From NCBI GenBank assembly GCA_963749655.1, contig CAVVOB010000035.1, forward strand, positions 29,932 through 93,931: a stretch of DNA of 64,000 bases. The letters are read 5' to 3'. This stretch comes from Nitrospirota bacterium (GTDB taxonomy: Bacteria; Nitrospirota; UBA9217). Shown here one piece after another: positions 43,674 through 53,601 of this stretch; within the stretch, counting starts at the first letter, position 1, and each line of letters opens with the position of its first letter. Position numbers and translations under genes: made by a program. Below the pieces are notes generated by a model, which was not told the DNA's origin, did no database searches, and saw only the letters and a program-made list of their open reading frames with translations.

Positions 43674-44849
43674 TTATTTTGCACGCGCATAGCACTTCGC
43701 CTTGTTCCCCCTGTCTTCCTCCCCCAAACAGCGATTGCACGAGGTGCACTGCGCCTCCGACCGTTTGCCCGAGAGCCATTTGTTCGGCAGATCGGGCTCG
43801 CGAACGAGCGGGCGGGCCAGGGAGACAAAATCCGCGGCGCCCGTCTCCAAAATGTGCTCCGCGGCTGCGGGCGTGCGGATGCCGCCGACGAGGATTAAAG
43901 GTATTTTCAAGGTCGGCTTGAGCTGCCTGGCGTAGGGAAGAAAGTATGCCTCCTTGAACGGGGTAAAGAATTTCTGCAGCTTGAACGCGGCCCTCAGGCT
44001 ATGCCGGACGAGAGGAGTGCGGTCCAGGCAGATCAGATCGGAAGGCACTCCGCCCCGCGATATCCTGAGGCCCATTTCAAAGATTCCCCCGCTGAGCTCC
44101 AGGGCATCGAGCCCCCTTTCGGCAAGATGCCGGGCAGCAGGGAAGCTTTCGGCCGGCGTGAGCCCTCTGCAGGTAAAGTCGTTCGCGTTCATCTTGTACA
44201 GCACCGGAAAGTCCGGCCCCACGGCGCGCCGGACCGATTGATATACTTCCGACGGAAAACGCAAGCGACGCTCCGCATCGCCGCCCCATTCGTCACGGCG
44301 CCTGTTCGTCAGCGGGGAAAGAAAACTGGAAACCAGGTAGCCGTGAGCGGCGTGCACCTGGACCGCGTCAAAACCCGCTTCTTTGACGCGAGCCGCCGCA
44401 TCGCCGAAATCCTTGACCGTCTGCACGATCTCGTCCCTGGTCATTGCGCGGGATTGGGTAAGATAATACAGATTCGGCGCCGCCGAAGGGGCTACGGACT
44501 GCACTCCGCCCAGTGCTTTCGGGTTGCTCTGCCGGCCGCAGTGCACGATCTGCATCGCTATCTTGCCGCCCGATTGATGGACCGAATCGGTGATCCTTCT
44601 CCAGGCGGGAATCATTGCGTCCGCGTGTGCGCCGTGCTGCAGAGGCTGGCCCCTGCCCCCGGGGTGCACGTATGCCATTCCCGTGATGATAAGGCCAACG
44701 CCGCCCCGCGCAAGGCGTTCATACAGCTTCAGCGTGTCGTCAGTCGGGAGCCCTTCGGGCGTCGCCATGTTCTCCAGGAATGCTGATCTTATGATGCGGT
44801 TCTTCAGCGCCATTCCGCCGATCGATGAAGGCTCGAATAATATGGACAT
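43674..44849 (-). CDS. NADH:flavin oxidoreductase (old yellow enzyme family)
   Basis: LKNRIIRSA, GGVGLIITG, QIVHCGR, GFDAVQVHAAHGYL, RRDEWGG, CTSCNRC. Confidence 0.93.
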   Translation of the reverse strand: MSILFEPSSIGGMALKNRIIRSAFLENMATPEGLPTDDTLKLYERLARGGVGLIITGMAYVHPGGRGQPLQHGAHADAMIPAWRRITDSVHQSGGKIAMQIVHCGRQSNPKALGGVQSVAPSAAPNLYYLTQSRAMTRDEIVQTVKDFGDAAARVKEAGFDAVQVHAAHGYLVSSFLSPLTNRRRDEWGGDAERRLRFPSEVYQSVRRAVGPDFPVLYKMNANDFTCRGLTPAESFPAARHLAERGLDALELSGGIFEMGLRISRGGVPSDLICLDRTPLVRHSLRAAFKLQKFFTPFKEAYFLPYARQLKPTLKIPLILVGGIRTPAAAEHILETGAADFVSLARPLVREPDLPNKWLSGKRSEAQCTSCNRCLGEEDRGNKAKCYARAK

Positions 44850-44917
44850 GGGAGTGTCTCCTTAATGCTACCGTCGGATCATTTAAACGCGGAATTCCAC
44901 GCTTCTATTCTTCCGAG

Positions 44918-45232
44918 CTAAAAAACGGTAATGCCGTTATAGCCCTTGCTCAAAAGTGTCTCCTTTGCTCGCTGTCCGGCGCAGGACCCTTGGGCGCCCG
45001 ATTCCTGCGTACCCAGGTCGAAAGCGGTGATCCCGTTGAACATCTTCACTGGTTCTTTTTCTAAAGCTGCTTCCGCAGCTCCACAGGCCGATGCAGGGAC
45101 GGGGTCGGAATAGGTAATTCCGTTAAAGAACTTTCCGCTCGCTTCAGAAGCTGTCTTGCCGTCTGCTGCAAAAGCCGATTCAAAGGTGAATAGGGATGCG
45201 ATAACGATGAGCAACTGAATGGTCTTTTTCAT
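44918..45232 (-). CDS. Small exported protein with three (F/Y)NGIT repeats
   Basis: SD AAGGAG; signal peptide ending SAFA; FFNGITYSD, MFNGITAFD, GYNGITVF. Confidence 0.7.
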   Translation of the reverse strand: MKKTIQLLIVIASLFTFESAFAADGKTASEASGKFFNGITYSDPVPASACGAAEAALEKEPVKMFNGITAFDLGTQESGAQGSCAGQRAKETLLSKGYNGITVF

Positions 45233-45361
45233 TTTAGGTCTCCTTTTAGGGTTATTGATCCGTGCATGAACCTTCAACAGATTGCAGAAGCAGTAAAAGT
45301 CGTAATTATTTCTGGGTCTTCTCCCATATGAGTGGGTAAATTGGATGTTCCTATTCTCCTT

Positions 45362-45778
45362 GTCACCTTTCTTGCGTGCCCAAGAAAGGTGACCCAAAGA
45401 AGGGCACCCAGCTGAAAATAACCTTTTAAAGCACGCTCGGTCGTCCTCAGTACATTTCGGAAACTTGCCCTTCGGGCTTCGGACACCGCGCACTCCGTGC
45501 ATCCGCACTCGTAAACACCCGGTGCAGGCAGTCCGAAATGCTTAACTCTCGGACTCGGTCGCATGCCTAGATTTTCGCATGGGTTTACCCCAACCCCGCA
45601 CGTCCCTGGAGCGGCCCTATGAAATTTCTGGGCACCCGTCTTGGCCTAAGGCAGCGTCCCGAAGGGCGAACGCGCATGTCTGAGGCCGCAGGCCGAGTTT
45701 GCGCGGGCGAGCGGACGTGGCCTTAGACGGGTCAGAAATTTCATTCAGGACGCGAAAGGGATGTGCAAATAAACCCAT
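45362..45778. repeat. Large structured palindromic intergenic element
   Basis: Perfect 13-bp hairpin GTCACCTTTCTTG/CAAGAAAGGTGAC; 200-nt nested stem 45579-45778 (ATGGGTTTA/TAAACCCAT, GCACGTCCCT/AGGGATGTGC, ATGAAATTTCTG/CAGAAATTTCAT). Confidence 0.7.
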
Positions 45779-45805
45779 TGCACCCACTCGACAAGGAGAT
45801 GACCC

Positions 45806-46144
45806 TTATTTCTTTCCCTCCTTTCTCCCGCCGTCGCAACTTCTTTTCTGACTGCGTTTCGCTGCATTAGTCCCCGTGCAGACGGCAAGTCTCCGGTTAA
45901 TGTTAAACCGACCGGTTGGTATGGTTATGAGAAGAAAAAAATGTCTTTTGGTATTGTGGAGAACCTGCAGGATAGTCGATACCAGCCTGTGCGGCGGCGA
46001 CTGCAGGGAAGTTCCGAGGTCCATAGGGTCATCCTGTTCAATGCCGCTGAACCCGTCGCGAAATTCACGATAGTAGAGACACATGCCTATTCTTTTGTCC
46101 GCGTCTCCGCGTCGGTACTCATTGAGAACCGGATCGATCTTCAT
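45806..46144 (-). CDS. Small hypothetical protein (C-terminal part doubtful)
   Basis: SD AAGGAGG then MKIDPVLNEYRRGDADKRIGMCLYYREFRD. Confidence 0.4.
   Translation of the reverse strand: MKIDPVLNEYRRGDADKRIGMCLYYREFRDGFSGIEQDDPMDLGTSLQSPPHRLVSTILQVLHNTKRHFFLLITIPTGRFNINRRLAVCTGTNAAKRSQKRSCDGGRKEGKK
45905..45922. promoter_or_regulatory. Putative TetR operator (copy 2)
   Basis: AAACCGACCGGTTGGTAT, 17/18 identical to 46841-46858. Confidence 0.65.
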
Positions 46145-46230
46145 GCGTTCCTCCTTGTTTTTGCCGGCATGAACATAAAACCTGTCGGTTTGTGCATGCT
46201 CAGCAGGGAAGCAGCAACTCGTTCGCTATA

Positions 46231-46833
46231 TTATTTGACAAAGATGCTTTTCAGATAATTTTTGAAATGAAAAAGGCTGTTCGCGACAACATCGAGGTCC
46301 TGCCGGGTCTTCGCCAGGATCAGCGAACCCTCGAAGAGCGCAATGAAATGATCGGCAAGAGTGCCCGTATCAAGCCCTTTGACTTTGTACACTGCCTTGG
46401 CCGCATCAAGCTCCTGCTTCAGCATGTCGGCCCAGAACTTGAAATGGGCTGCGCATTGCGTCCGGATTTCAGGATGGGTGTCCGTCAGCACCTGGGCAAA
46501 ATTTCCCAGCAGGCACCCCGAACGGCGTGTTGGATCTTTCGACAGCTCGATCATATAGTCGATATATCCGTACAGGCGCTGAAGAGGGTCGCTTTTTTTA
46601 AAGAAGGGCGCATTGTGGGCGTCCTGAAACATGGTCTTCATATACCTGTCCAAAACGGCTTTTCCCAGGTCTTCTTTGCTCGGAAAATAGTGAAAAAAGC
46701 TTCCCTTCGTAAGGTCCGCGGCTTCGCAAATCTCCTCAACGGACGTGGCGGTATATCCCTTCGCCAGCATCAGATGCTGCGCCGTTTCGAGAAGCTTTTC
46801 CCTGGTTGCAGGGTTTTCCTGACGGGTTCTCAT
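46231..46833 (-). CDS. TetR/AcrR family regulator (NemR-like)
   Basis: KGYTATSVEEI...TKGSFFHYFPSKEDL; GCLLGN; GSLILAK. Confidence 0.92.
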   Translation of the reverse strand: MRTRQENPATREKLLETAQHLMLAKGYTATSVEEICEAADLTKGSFFHYFPSKEDLGKAVLDRYMKTMFQDAHNAPFFKKSDPLQRLYGYIDYMIELSKDPTRRSGCLLGNFAQVLTDTHPEIRTQCAAHFKFWADMLKQELDAAKAVYKVKGLDTGTLADHFIALFEGSLILAKTRQDLDVVANSLFHFKNYLKSIFVK

Positions 46834-46840
46834 AATTAAT

Positions 46841-46887
46841 AAACCTACCGGTTGGTATACTTATACCTAAAACGCATTGACATGTCA
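46841..46887 (-). promoter_or_regulatory. TetR promoter and operator (copy 1)
   Basis: TTGACA, 17 bp, TATAAG; near-palindrome AAACCTACCGGTTGGTAT 7 nt before ATG. Confidence 0.65.
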
Positions 46888-47033
46888 AGACGCTTTTTAG
46901 AAATTTTTTTGGGTAAAGTCGACGGTTGCAGGCGGAACAGAATGGCTTCTGCCTGAAGCCAACTTGTCATGTTCGCAAAAAGCTTGGTAATCCATTATGC
47001 AAAACCTGCGGGATTTGATGTCCCACGCAGTCG

Positions 47034-47143
47034 GTAGGTCGGGTAGAGCGAAAGGAAACCCGACATCTTCGGTCCCTTGCGCTACTGCGGGCATTCCGGC
47101 AAATAGGCGTCGGGTTTCACAAAAGACGTTCTACCCGACCTAC
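47034..47143 (+). repeat. REPIN-like GTAG-type REP doublet (best-preserved copy)
   Basis: GTAGGTCGGGTAGAGCG...GAAACCCGAC...GTCGGGTTTC...CGTTCTACCCGACCTAC. Confidence 0.88.
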
Positions 47144-47199
47144 CCGGCTGCCCGATCGCGCGATGCGTGCAACTGCCTTCTCTCATTTATTATATAACG

Positions 47200-48075
47200 T
47201 CATTCCGGACACAACTTCATCATCACGAGCGGGGACAGCAGCAGTTTGATCGGATTCTGCAGGGCGCCGGCGAGGCAGCCGCAGTTGGAGCAATCAAGGC
47301 CGGTAAAGCACCTTCTCTTTTCCCATGCAACGGTATAGTGAAGGGCTTCATCACCCCAGTGGCAGAAGCCCAGGTGATCAGGAAATTCGTACCAGTCCAG
47401 CATCGGCCTGGTCAGGAGAAAATAGTCGGGATAGAGCTTTTTTATCCGTTTGAGCTCGCTGATGATGGCTTTTCTGTTTTCCGTCTTTATGAATAACGCG
47501 CTTCTCTTTCCCACGGTAGGCGTATAGATATTGCACACGACTCCCCGCAGGCCGTGGTCTTTCGCGATCTTGACGATACCTTCGACTTCAGCATAGTTGT
47601 CGTTGGTGACGGTCACGTTGAGGACGACCCTGGCATCCATTGAATAATTCGCCAGGACCTTCGAAAAAACACCGTTACCCCTGACGGAATCATTTCTCTC
47701 GCGGCCGCCGTCGAGGGAAACAAACAGAAGATGCTTGAAAGCGTCAGGCACCTTTATGGTGCCGTTCGTTATGATGAAGATATACGGAAAGATGCTGTCG
47801 GCAAGCATGAGAATATCGCTCCTCAGTGCCGGCTCTCCGCCCACGAGCAGAACTATTCTTACGCCCGCCCGGTGAAGCTCTTCGAATCTCGTGCGCCAGA
47901 CATCGAGAGGCAGGTCCTTGTTGTTCAGCTTCTCCTTCCCCCCGAAATGGTAGCAGTGGACGCATCTGAGATTGCAGTTGTCGGTTATATCGATTTCCGC
48001 AAAATACTTCGTCTTGAAAAGAAACCGTTTCAGCTCCAGAGAAACCATGTGCGCTATATTGAAATATTTTTTCAT
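47200..48075 (-). CDS. Radical SAM protein
   Basis: CNLRCVHC, GGEP, TNGT, VSLDG, C-terminal CSNCGC. Confidence 0.9.
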   Translation of the reverse strand: MKKYFNIAHMVSLELKRFLFKTKYFAEIDITDNCNLRCVHCYHFGGKEKLNNKDLPLDVWRTRFEELHRAGVRIVLLVGGEPALRSDILMLADSIFPYIFIITNGTIKVPDAFKHLLFVSLDGGRERNDSVRGNGVFSKVLANYSMDARVVLNVTVTNDNYAEVEGIVKIAKDHGLRGVVCNIYTPTVGKRSALFIKTENRKAIISELKRIKKLYPDYFLLTRPMLDWYEFPDHLGFCHWGDEALHYTVAWEKRRCFTGLDCSNCGCLAGALQNPIKLLLSPLVMMKLCPE

Positions 48076-48181
48076 TCGATTCCCTGCGCTGCTGATATCC
48101 TTCCCGGAAAAATGCTTGGGGGCTGTTGCATCGCGTACGAATGGTGCACGCAACGCGTGCAACAACGTCCCCCGCAGTCCG

Positions 48182-49736
48182 TTAATTCCCCTTGCCGCCT
48201 GACCCGCCTTCTTTCTTCTCCGTCATCGCCCCCAGGTAGCTCGGGCAGCTCCACGCCCGCCATCTTCGCGACATCCTGAAGCGGCGGGATGCTGCGCACG
48301 AGGCTCGACAGGAAATTGGAGGTGGACGATCCGCCGTCGCCGTGGCCGCCGCCGAATCCCAGACCGTGACCTTGTCGATCTTGATGTTCTTGATGGCCTC
48401 GACCTGCATGGCCACGATCTGCTCGATCTTCTCGGTCATGAGCAGCGTCGCGACCGCGCGCGGCGTCGCCGTTGCAGCTCTTGACCAGGTTCTGGTAGCC
48501 CGCGGCCTTGCTCTCCAGCACCTGCCGGATGCCCTTTGCCTCGGCCTCGTACTTGAGCAGGATGCCGTCGGCCACGCCCGCGCCTCGCGGCGGGTCTTCT
48601 CGGCCTCGGCCTCGGCCGCGATCTCGATCTTCTTCTTGTCGATCTCCTGCTGCACCACTTCCTCGGCGTTCAGGCGCTCCTGCTCGGCCGGTACTGCGCC
48701 TTCTGGATCTCGACCTCGGCCTCGCGGCTGGCCACCTCGCCCTTCTGGAGCGCCTCGGCCTGCCGCATGGCCAGCTCGGCGTTGGTCGCCGCGATGTCGG
48801 CCTTGGCCTTGTTCTCGCCCGTGACCGCCTCCGCTTCCTGTCGCCTGCACGTACACGCGCCGGTCGGCCTCGGCCTTCTTCTTTCCCTTTTCGGACTGGG
48901 CCACGTTCTCGGCGATCCGGATCTCCTTCTCCCGGTTGGCCTCCGCTTCGCCGACCGAGGCCGCAGGTCTCCTGCTGCTGCACGAACACGCGGCGGTCCG
49001 CGTCGGCCCGCTTCTTTCCTTTTTCCGCCTCGGCCGTGTTCTCGGCGACCTTGATCTCCTTGTCCCGGTTGGCCACGGCCTGGCCGATGGCGCCCATCTT
49101 GTCCTGCTCGGCCACGTCGACCTTGGCGCGGTTGATGGCCTCGGAGGCCGCCTTCTTGCCGATGCTCTCGATGTAGTCGGACTCGTCGGTGATGTCCGTG
49201 ATGTTCACGTTGATCAGGTACAGGCCGATCTTGTTCAGCTCCGGCTCGACGTTCTTCCTGATGGCCTCGAGGAAGCTCTCGCGGTCCTGGTTGATCTGCT
49301 CGATGGTGAGCGAGGCCACGGTGAGACGCAGCTGGCCGAAGATGATCTCCTTGGCCATGTCCTCGATGCGCTGGGGCTGCAGGTTCAGCAGCCGCTCGGC
49401 GGCGTTGTTCATGATGTTCTTGTCCGATGCTGATGCCCACGGTGAAGGTGCTCGGCACGTTGATGCGGATGTTCTGGAGCGACAGCGCGTTCTGGAGCGG
49501 GATGCTGATCGTCATGGGCGTGAGGCTCATGTAGGCGAGTCCTGGATCAGCGGCCAGACGAAGGTGCCGCCGCCGTGGATGCACCGGGCCGACTGTCCCT
49601 CGCCCACTTTTCCGTACACCACCAGGATCATGTCCGAGGGACACCGTTTGTACCGCGACGCCAGGAACATGACCGTTGAGACCACCAGAATGATCAGTGC
49701 TGCGATCGGAAGAACCCACAAACCCATGTTGAACAT
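48182..49736 (-). CDS. Flotillin/SPFH domain protein (multiple frameshifts)
   Basis: N-terminal TM, SRYKRCPSD, GGGTFVWP, GQLRLTVASLTIEQINQDR, AEA-rich coiled coil, KIDKVTVWD. Confidence 0.9.
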
Positions 49737-50068
49737 ACGACCTCCTTAGATTAACAGTTGTAGTATGACGTACCAAGTCAAACGTAGTATCCGCAGAGTA
49801 CGCAGATTACGCGGATTAACGTCTGAAACTCGTAAGTCATGCAACAAGTCTTCGCCGCTGTCATTGCGAAAGAACTGAAGCGGCATTCCGGCTTGTCCGG
49901 ACAGTCGATGAATTGTCGAGATCGTATCGCCATCGGTTCGCGATATGACGGCGAGGAATCTCGACGAACGGCTGTTTCGATTAATTCGAAGTGCATCGCT
50001 ACTTATAATTGTGTTTATTTAAAACTCTGGCGGCCATCTGCGCCTCTGCGGGCAACTATTTTCCTCGC

Positions 50069-50653
50069 TCACACCTTCTCGACCACCAGCACGCTGTTGT
50101 TCACTTCCAGGACCTTGATCCGCTCTCCGGTCTTGATCTCCGCTCCGTCCTTTGCCACTGCCTCGAACTCGCGCGGCCTGCCCTGCAGCGTGATCTGCAC
50201 CTTGCCCGTCCCCTGTGCGCGGATCGTAAGGTACACCGTGCCCGGATTCTCCGACGGCGCCCGCATTGTCCAGGGTGCCGCTGGACTGGAGCTTCTTGAC
50301 CGAGGAAAAGATCTTGCCGATGAGCCAGACCGTTCCGATCCCGGCAGCAAGCGCGCCTGCCAGCGCAACGCCGCCGCTGGTGCGGCTCTCGCGCAGCATG
50401 GCGAAACCGACGAGACCGAACATCATGAAAGAAAGCGGTCAGCCCCTGGAGCGTGAGCAGTTTGAAGCTGACGTCGGCGTCAACATGGTCCACGTCGGCA
50501 TGTCCTACTGAAGGTCGGTGTCCGCATCAGTGCCGTCGCTGCCCGCCGAAGAGCTGGATCAGCGAACCTGACGATGAACAGCCCGCCGCCGATAACGGCG
50601 CAAATAATGAAAAAGAGCTCAAGACCGCTGAATGCCGCGCCTGTATCACCCAT
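50069..50653 (-). CDS. NfeD-like membrane protein (frameshifted)
   Basis: TMs plus OB-fold GTVYLTI...GTGKVQI...REFEA; directly upstream of flotillin. Confidence 0.8.
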
Positions 50654-50994
50654 GCCTTTCCCCCCTTTTTTCCGGTGCCGAAATTTGGTGCTGCTGCCAG
50701 GAAATGACACGAACGGGGACTCGGTCCCGAAATCCCTTTATTGGTTTGCCCTTGATCGCGCCATGTCAGTTACAAGGACGAATATATGCCGGTTTCAGAG
50801 CGATGTCAACGACGGCGAATGGGTATTTTAAGGGTAGGTTCGGAAAACAATTGCATGTTACGAGTGCCTGGTTTTGAGCCGGGCGGCAGGGACGGAGCAT
50901 AGTAAGAAACGACATCTACACAAGGCTGTTCGTTACCCATACGCCGCGAACCGGTCGACGGGGAACAACAGTTTAGGCGCGGCTTCGAGCGGCC

Positions 50995-51621
50995 TCATGG
51001 TTTTGGTACATGAATCCGGCTGATCATGAGTGAGCCGGAGATTGCATACATGAAGACCAGCGGATGAAGTTTGAACCCCCCGAGAGTGACGACGCCGAGC
51101 CACAGGGACTGGTGTAGTGCGTCATACGATGCTGCCAGAGCCATGATAAAGACCAGGAGTATCGAGGTCGGGATCGGTGTTCCTTCGAAGTATTTCACCT
51201 TGTCGGTTCCCTGCGACAAGGTCTCCGCCGTGACGTTGTAGCGGGCCAGGCGCGAGACCCCGCATCCTACGAAAAAAGCCAGGATGACGCGATCGTACAG
51301 GCCTTGCAGCCCGCAGCCGTACCCGATGATTGCCGGAGCCACACCGAATGAAATCACATCGGCAAGAGAATCGAGTTCTCTGCCGAGCAATGAAGTCTTA
51401 TGCCGCCACCGGGCTATGTGGCCGTCCAGGAAGTCGAATACCACGGCAGAAAGGACAAGGCTGGCCGCGAAGTAGATGTGTATGGCGTCGGGTGTTTGGA
51501 GATAGGTCATCATGGAGAAGATTGCGCCTGTGCCGCAGACGGCGTTTGCGAGTGTGAACCAGTCCGCCAGCTGAAACTCGCGAATCATCGAGAACGCCTT
51601 TTTGGGAGTGCTTGTCGTCAT
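50995..51621 (-). CDS. pssA: CDP-diacylglycerol--serine O-phosphatidyltransferase
   Basis: DFLDGHIAR...GRELDSLADVISFGVAP, RLARYN, FEGTPIP. Confidence 0.88.
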   Translation of the reverse strand: MTTSTPKKAFSMIREFQLADWFTLANAVCGTGAIFSMMTYLQTPDAIHIYFAASLVLSAVVFDFLDGHIARWRHKTSLLGRELDSLADVISFGVAPAIIGYGCGLQGLYDRVILAFFVGCGVSRLARYNVTAETLSQGTDKVKYFEGTPIPTSILLVFIMALAASYDALHQSLWLGVVTLGGFKLHPLVFMYAISGSLMISRIHVPKP

Positions 51622-51638
51622 GGATTTTGATACTCCTT

Positions 51639-51714
51639 TTCGGTCCCTTATGCTACTGCGAGTATTCCGGCAAATAGGCGTCGGGTTTCACAAAAGACAT
51701 TCTACCAGACCTAC
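51639..51714 (+). repeat. REPIN-like element, left arm lost
   Basis: TTCGGTCCC...GCTACTGCGAGTATTCCGGCAAATAGGCGTCGGGTTTCACAAAAGAC...GACCTAC. Confidence 0.8.
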
Positions 51715-51827
51715 CCGGCTACCACGTCTGCCTCAGGGGAGCTCAATCTGAACGGATGAGCCGGATGTCGGCGCGTTATGGAATTGCTTCCACTCGATCA
51801 CGTTGCGATAGAAAGAGTTTTAAACGA

Positions 51828-52058
51828 TCACGATGCTTTCTCAAGGCGTTCCGCGACCCAAACTTTGATGATCGATTGGCGGGGGACACCCAGGCGTTTT
51901 GCCTCTTTGTCCAATAATTGGATCATCCACACCGGAAAATCGACGTTCACTCTTTTCTGCTCCTGCTCAGGTCTCTTTGCCTTTTTCACATCAAGGTGCT
52001 TCGATATATCCGCACCTTCATCGAATTTCTTGTCGAAATTACGCGCTTTCACTTTCAT
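51828..52058 (-). CDS. brnA: BrnA/CopG-type antitoxin
   Basis: FDKKFDEGADI...KRVNVDFPVWMI..LDKEAKRLGVPRQSIIKVW. Confidence 0.85.
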   Translation of the reverse strand: MKVKARNFDKKFDEGADISKHLDVKKAKRPEQEQKRVNVDFPVWMIQLLDKEAKRLGVPRQSIIKVWVAERLEKAS

Positions 52059-52308
52059 AAATCTCCACCTTCTCTTTCCTGGATCGCCGCACTGATATAA
52101 TCCTTATCTTATCGCCTCGATAGGTGATGACCCCCGACCAGTGCTTCCCCGCTATCTTTCCAATCACCAGATAGCGGGGCTCATCAATGGTGTGAACGGG
52201 GATCTCCATGAAATCGGGATCATCCCACAAAGCTTTCGCTTCATAGAAATCAAGCCCGTGCTTTTGTTTGTTGCCTTCACTCTTCTTCGGGGCGAACTCG
52301 AAATCCAT
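52039..52308 (-). CDS. brnT: BrnT family toxin
   Basis: KSEGNKQKHGLDF, EPRY..IG, IRIISVRRSR. Confidence 0.88.
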   Translation of the reverse strand: MDFEFAPKKSEGNKQKHGLDFYEAKALWDDPDFMEIPVHTIDEPRYLVIGKIAGKHWSGVITYRGDKIRIISVRRSRKEKVEIYESESA

Positions 52309-52345
52309 GGTATAGAAATTATACCTTAATTATACCGGCAGTCAA
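52309..52345 (-). promoter_or_regulatory. brnTA promoter with GGTATA/TATACC operator-like repeats
   Basis: TTGACT, 16 bp, TATAAT, 9 nt, ATG; no SD. Confidence 0.65.
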
Positions 52346-52437
52346 ATGAATATTGTAAGGTTTTGGAGGAAGGAAATCGCGAGTGATTTGACTATTATAT
52401 AGTAAGAAACATCGACAATACTACGGACAAACAGTCG

Positions 52438-52547
52438 GAAGTTCGGGCAGAGCGCAGCGAAACCCGACATCTTCGGTCCCGTGCGCTACTGTGAGTATTC
52501 CAGTAAATAGGCGTCGTGTTTTACAAAAGACGTTTTACCTGATTTAC
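52438..52547 (+). repeat. REPIN-like element, degenerate full copy
   Basis: GAAGTTCGGGCAGAGCGCAGCGAAACCCGACATCTTCGGTCCC...CGTTTTACCTGATTTAC. Confidence 0.8.
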
Positions 52548-52610
52548 CCGGCTTTATGCGGTCATTTCAATGGAAGCACGGATGTTTTAATGTGGCTCGG
52601 GTGATTTATT

Positions 52611-53186
52611 CTATTTCGGCAGTGTCTTCTCAATGCGTCGGTCAGGGAAAAGCCACATTACGGCAACCAGAACATACAGTGAAAAAGCGATCCAGGAATC
52701 GATAAATGCGAAAGGTATCGCCACAAGATAGATCAGCATGGACACCTTGCCTTTAAAATCCCTGCCGACTGCATTCGCAAGCACCGAATCTCTTCCATGG
52801 AGAGAGATAAGCGTCCGGGACAGGATGAAGTAGGCAATCGAGGCAAACAGCAGTACCGTGCCGTACAAGGCGACCGGCCAGGGAGCAAAGTTGTTCTCAC
52901 CTGTCCAGGCAGTGGCAAAAGGAAATAACGACAACCAGAACAGCAAATGCAGATTGGCCCACAGAACGCGGCCGTCAACGTATTTGATCGCCTGGAGCAT
53001 GTGATGGTGGTTGTTCCAGTAGATGCCGAGTAAAATGAAGCTGAGCACATAGGATATGAATACCGGCACCAGGGGAAGCAGCCCGGCCGGATTCGGGCTG
53101 TTCGGCACCCGTAATTCAAGCACTATGATGGTGATAAGAATCGCGATCACGCCGTCGCTGAAGGCTTCCATTCGTCCCTTGCTCAT
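52611..53186 (-). CDS. TMEM175 family (DUF1211) potassium channel-like protein
   Basis: RMEAFSDGVIAILITI, SYVLSF, YWNNHH. Confidence 0.92.
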   Translation of the reverse strand: MSKGRMEAFSDGVIAILITIIVLELRVPNSPNPAGLLPLVPVFISYVLSFILLGIYWNNHHHMLQAIKYVDGRVLWANLHLLFWLSLFPFATAWTGENNFAPWPVALYGTVLLFASIAYFILSRTLISLHGRDSVLANAVGRDFKGKVSMLIYLVAIPFAFIDSWIAFSLYVLVAVMWLFPDRRIEKTLPK

Positions 53187-53243
53187 GTTGATCTCTCCGG
53201 GCCGCTGTCAATGGACCCGGTTCTTTGTGAAAGATGCGGCGCT

Positions 53244-53579
53244 TCACGCTCCTGCCGCAGGAAGGTAGTCCTCCCGCAGGGGCGAGAAAACCTCTATGGC
53301 AACGCAGTCTTCTCTCGCGACCGCGTTGTGTTCCACATTGCCGGGGATGCACCAGCTGTCGCCGGGTGACAGGCTGCGCGTGCTGACTCCGATCGTCAGG
53401 TCGATGCCGCCGGACACGAGGTAGCCGGTCTGCTCGTGAGGATGCTTGTGTTGCGGCAGGATCGCGCCTTTATCGAGCCTGAATTCGGTCATGAGCGTCT
53501 TCTCGCCGTGGACCAGCGTCTTCATCCGTATTTTGTCGAGTACATCTTTGTAGCCCGCACTGCTGTTGTTCTGAAACAT
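53244..53579 (-). CDS. Cupin domain protein
   Basis: PQHKHPHEQTGY, PGDSWCIPGNVEH, EVFSPLREDY. Confidence 0.9.
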   Translation of the reverse strand: MFQNNSSAGYKDVLDKIRMKTLVHGEKTLMTEFRLDKGAILPQHKHPHEQTGYLVSGGIDLTIGVSTRSLSPGDSWCIPGNVEHNAVAREDCVAIEVFSPLREDYLPAAGA

Positions 53580-53601
53580 TCGAAGCACCTCCGGTGGAAT
53601 A

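Noticed and set aside
51721-51827. Possible attC downstream of brnA (CCATAAC...GTTCAGA on the minus strand)
   Set aside because: Too short and no complementary L boxes.
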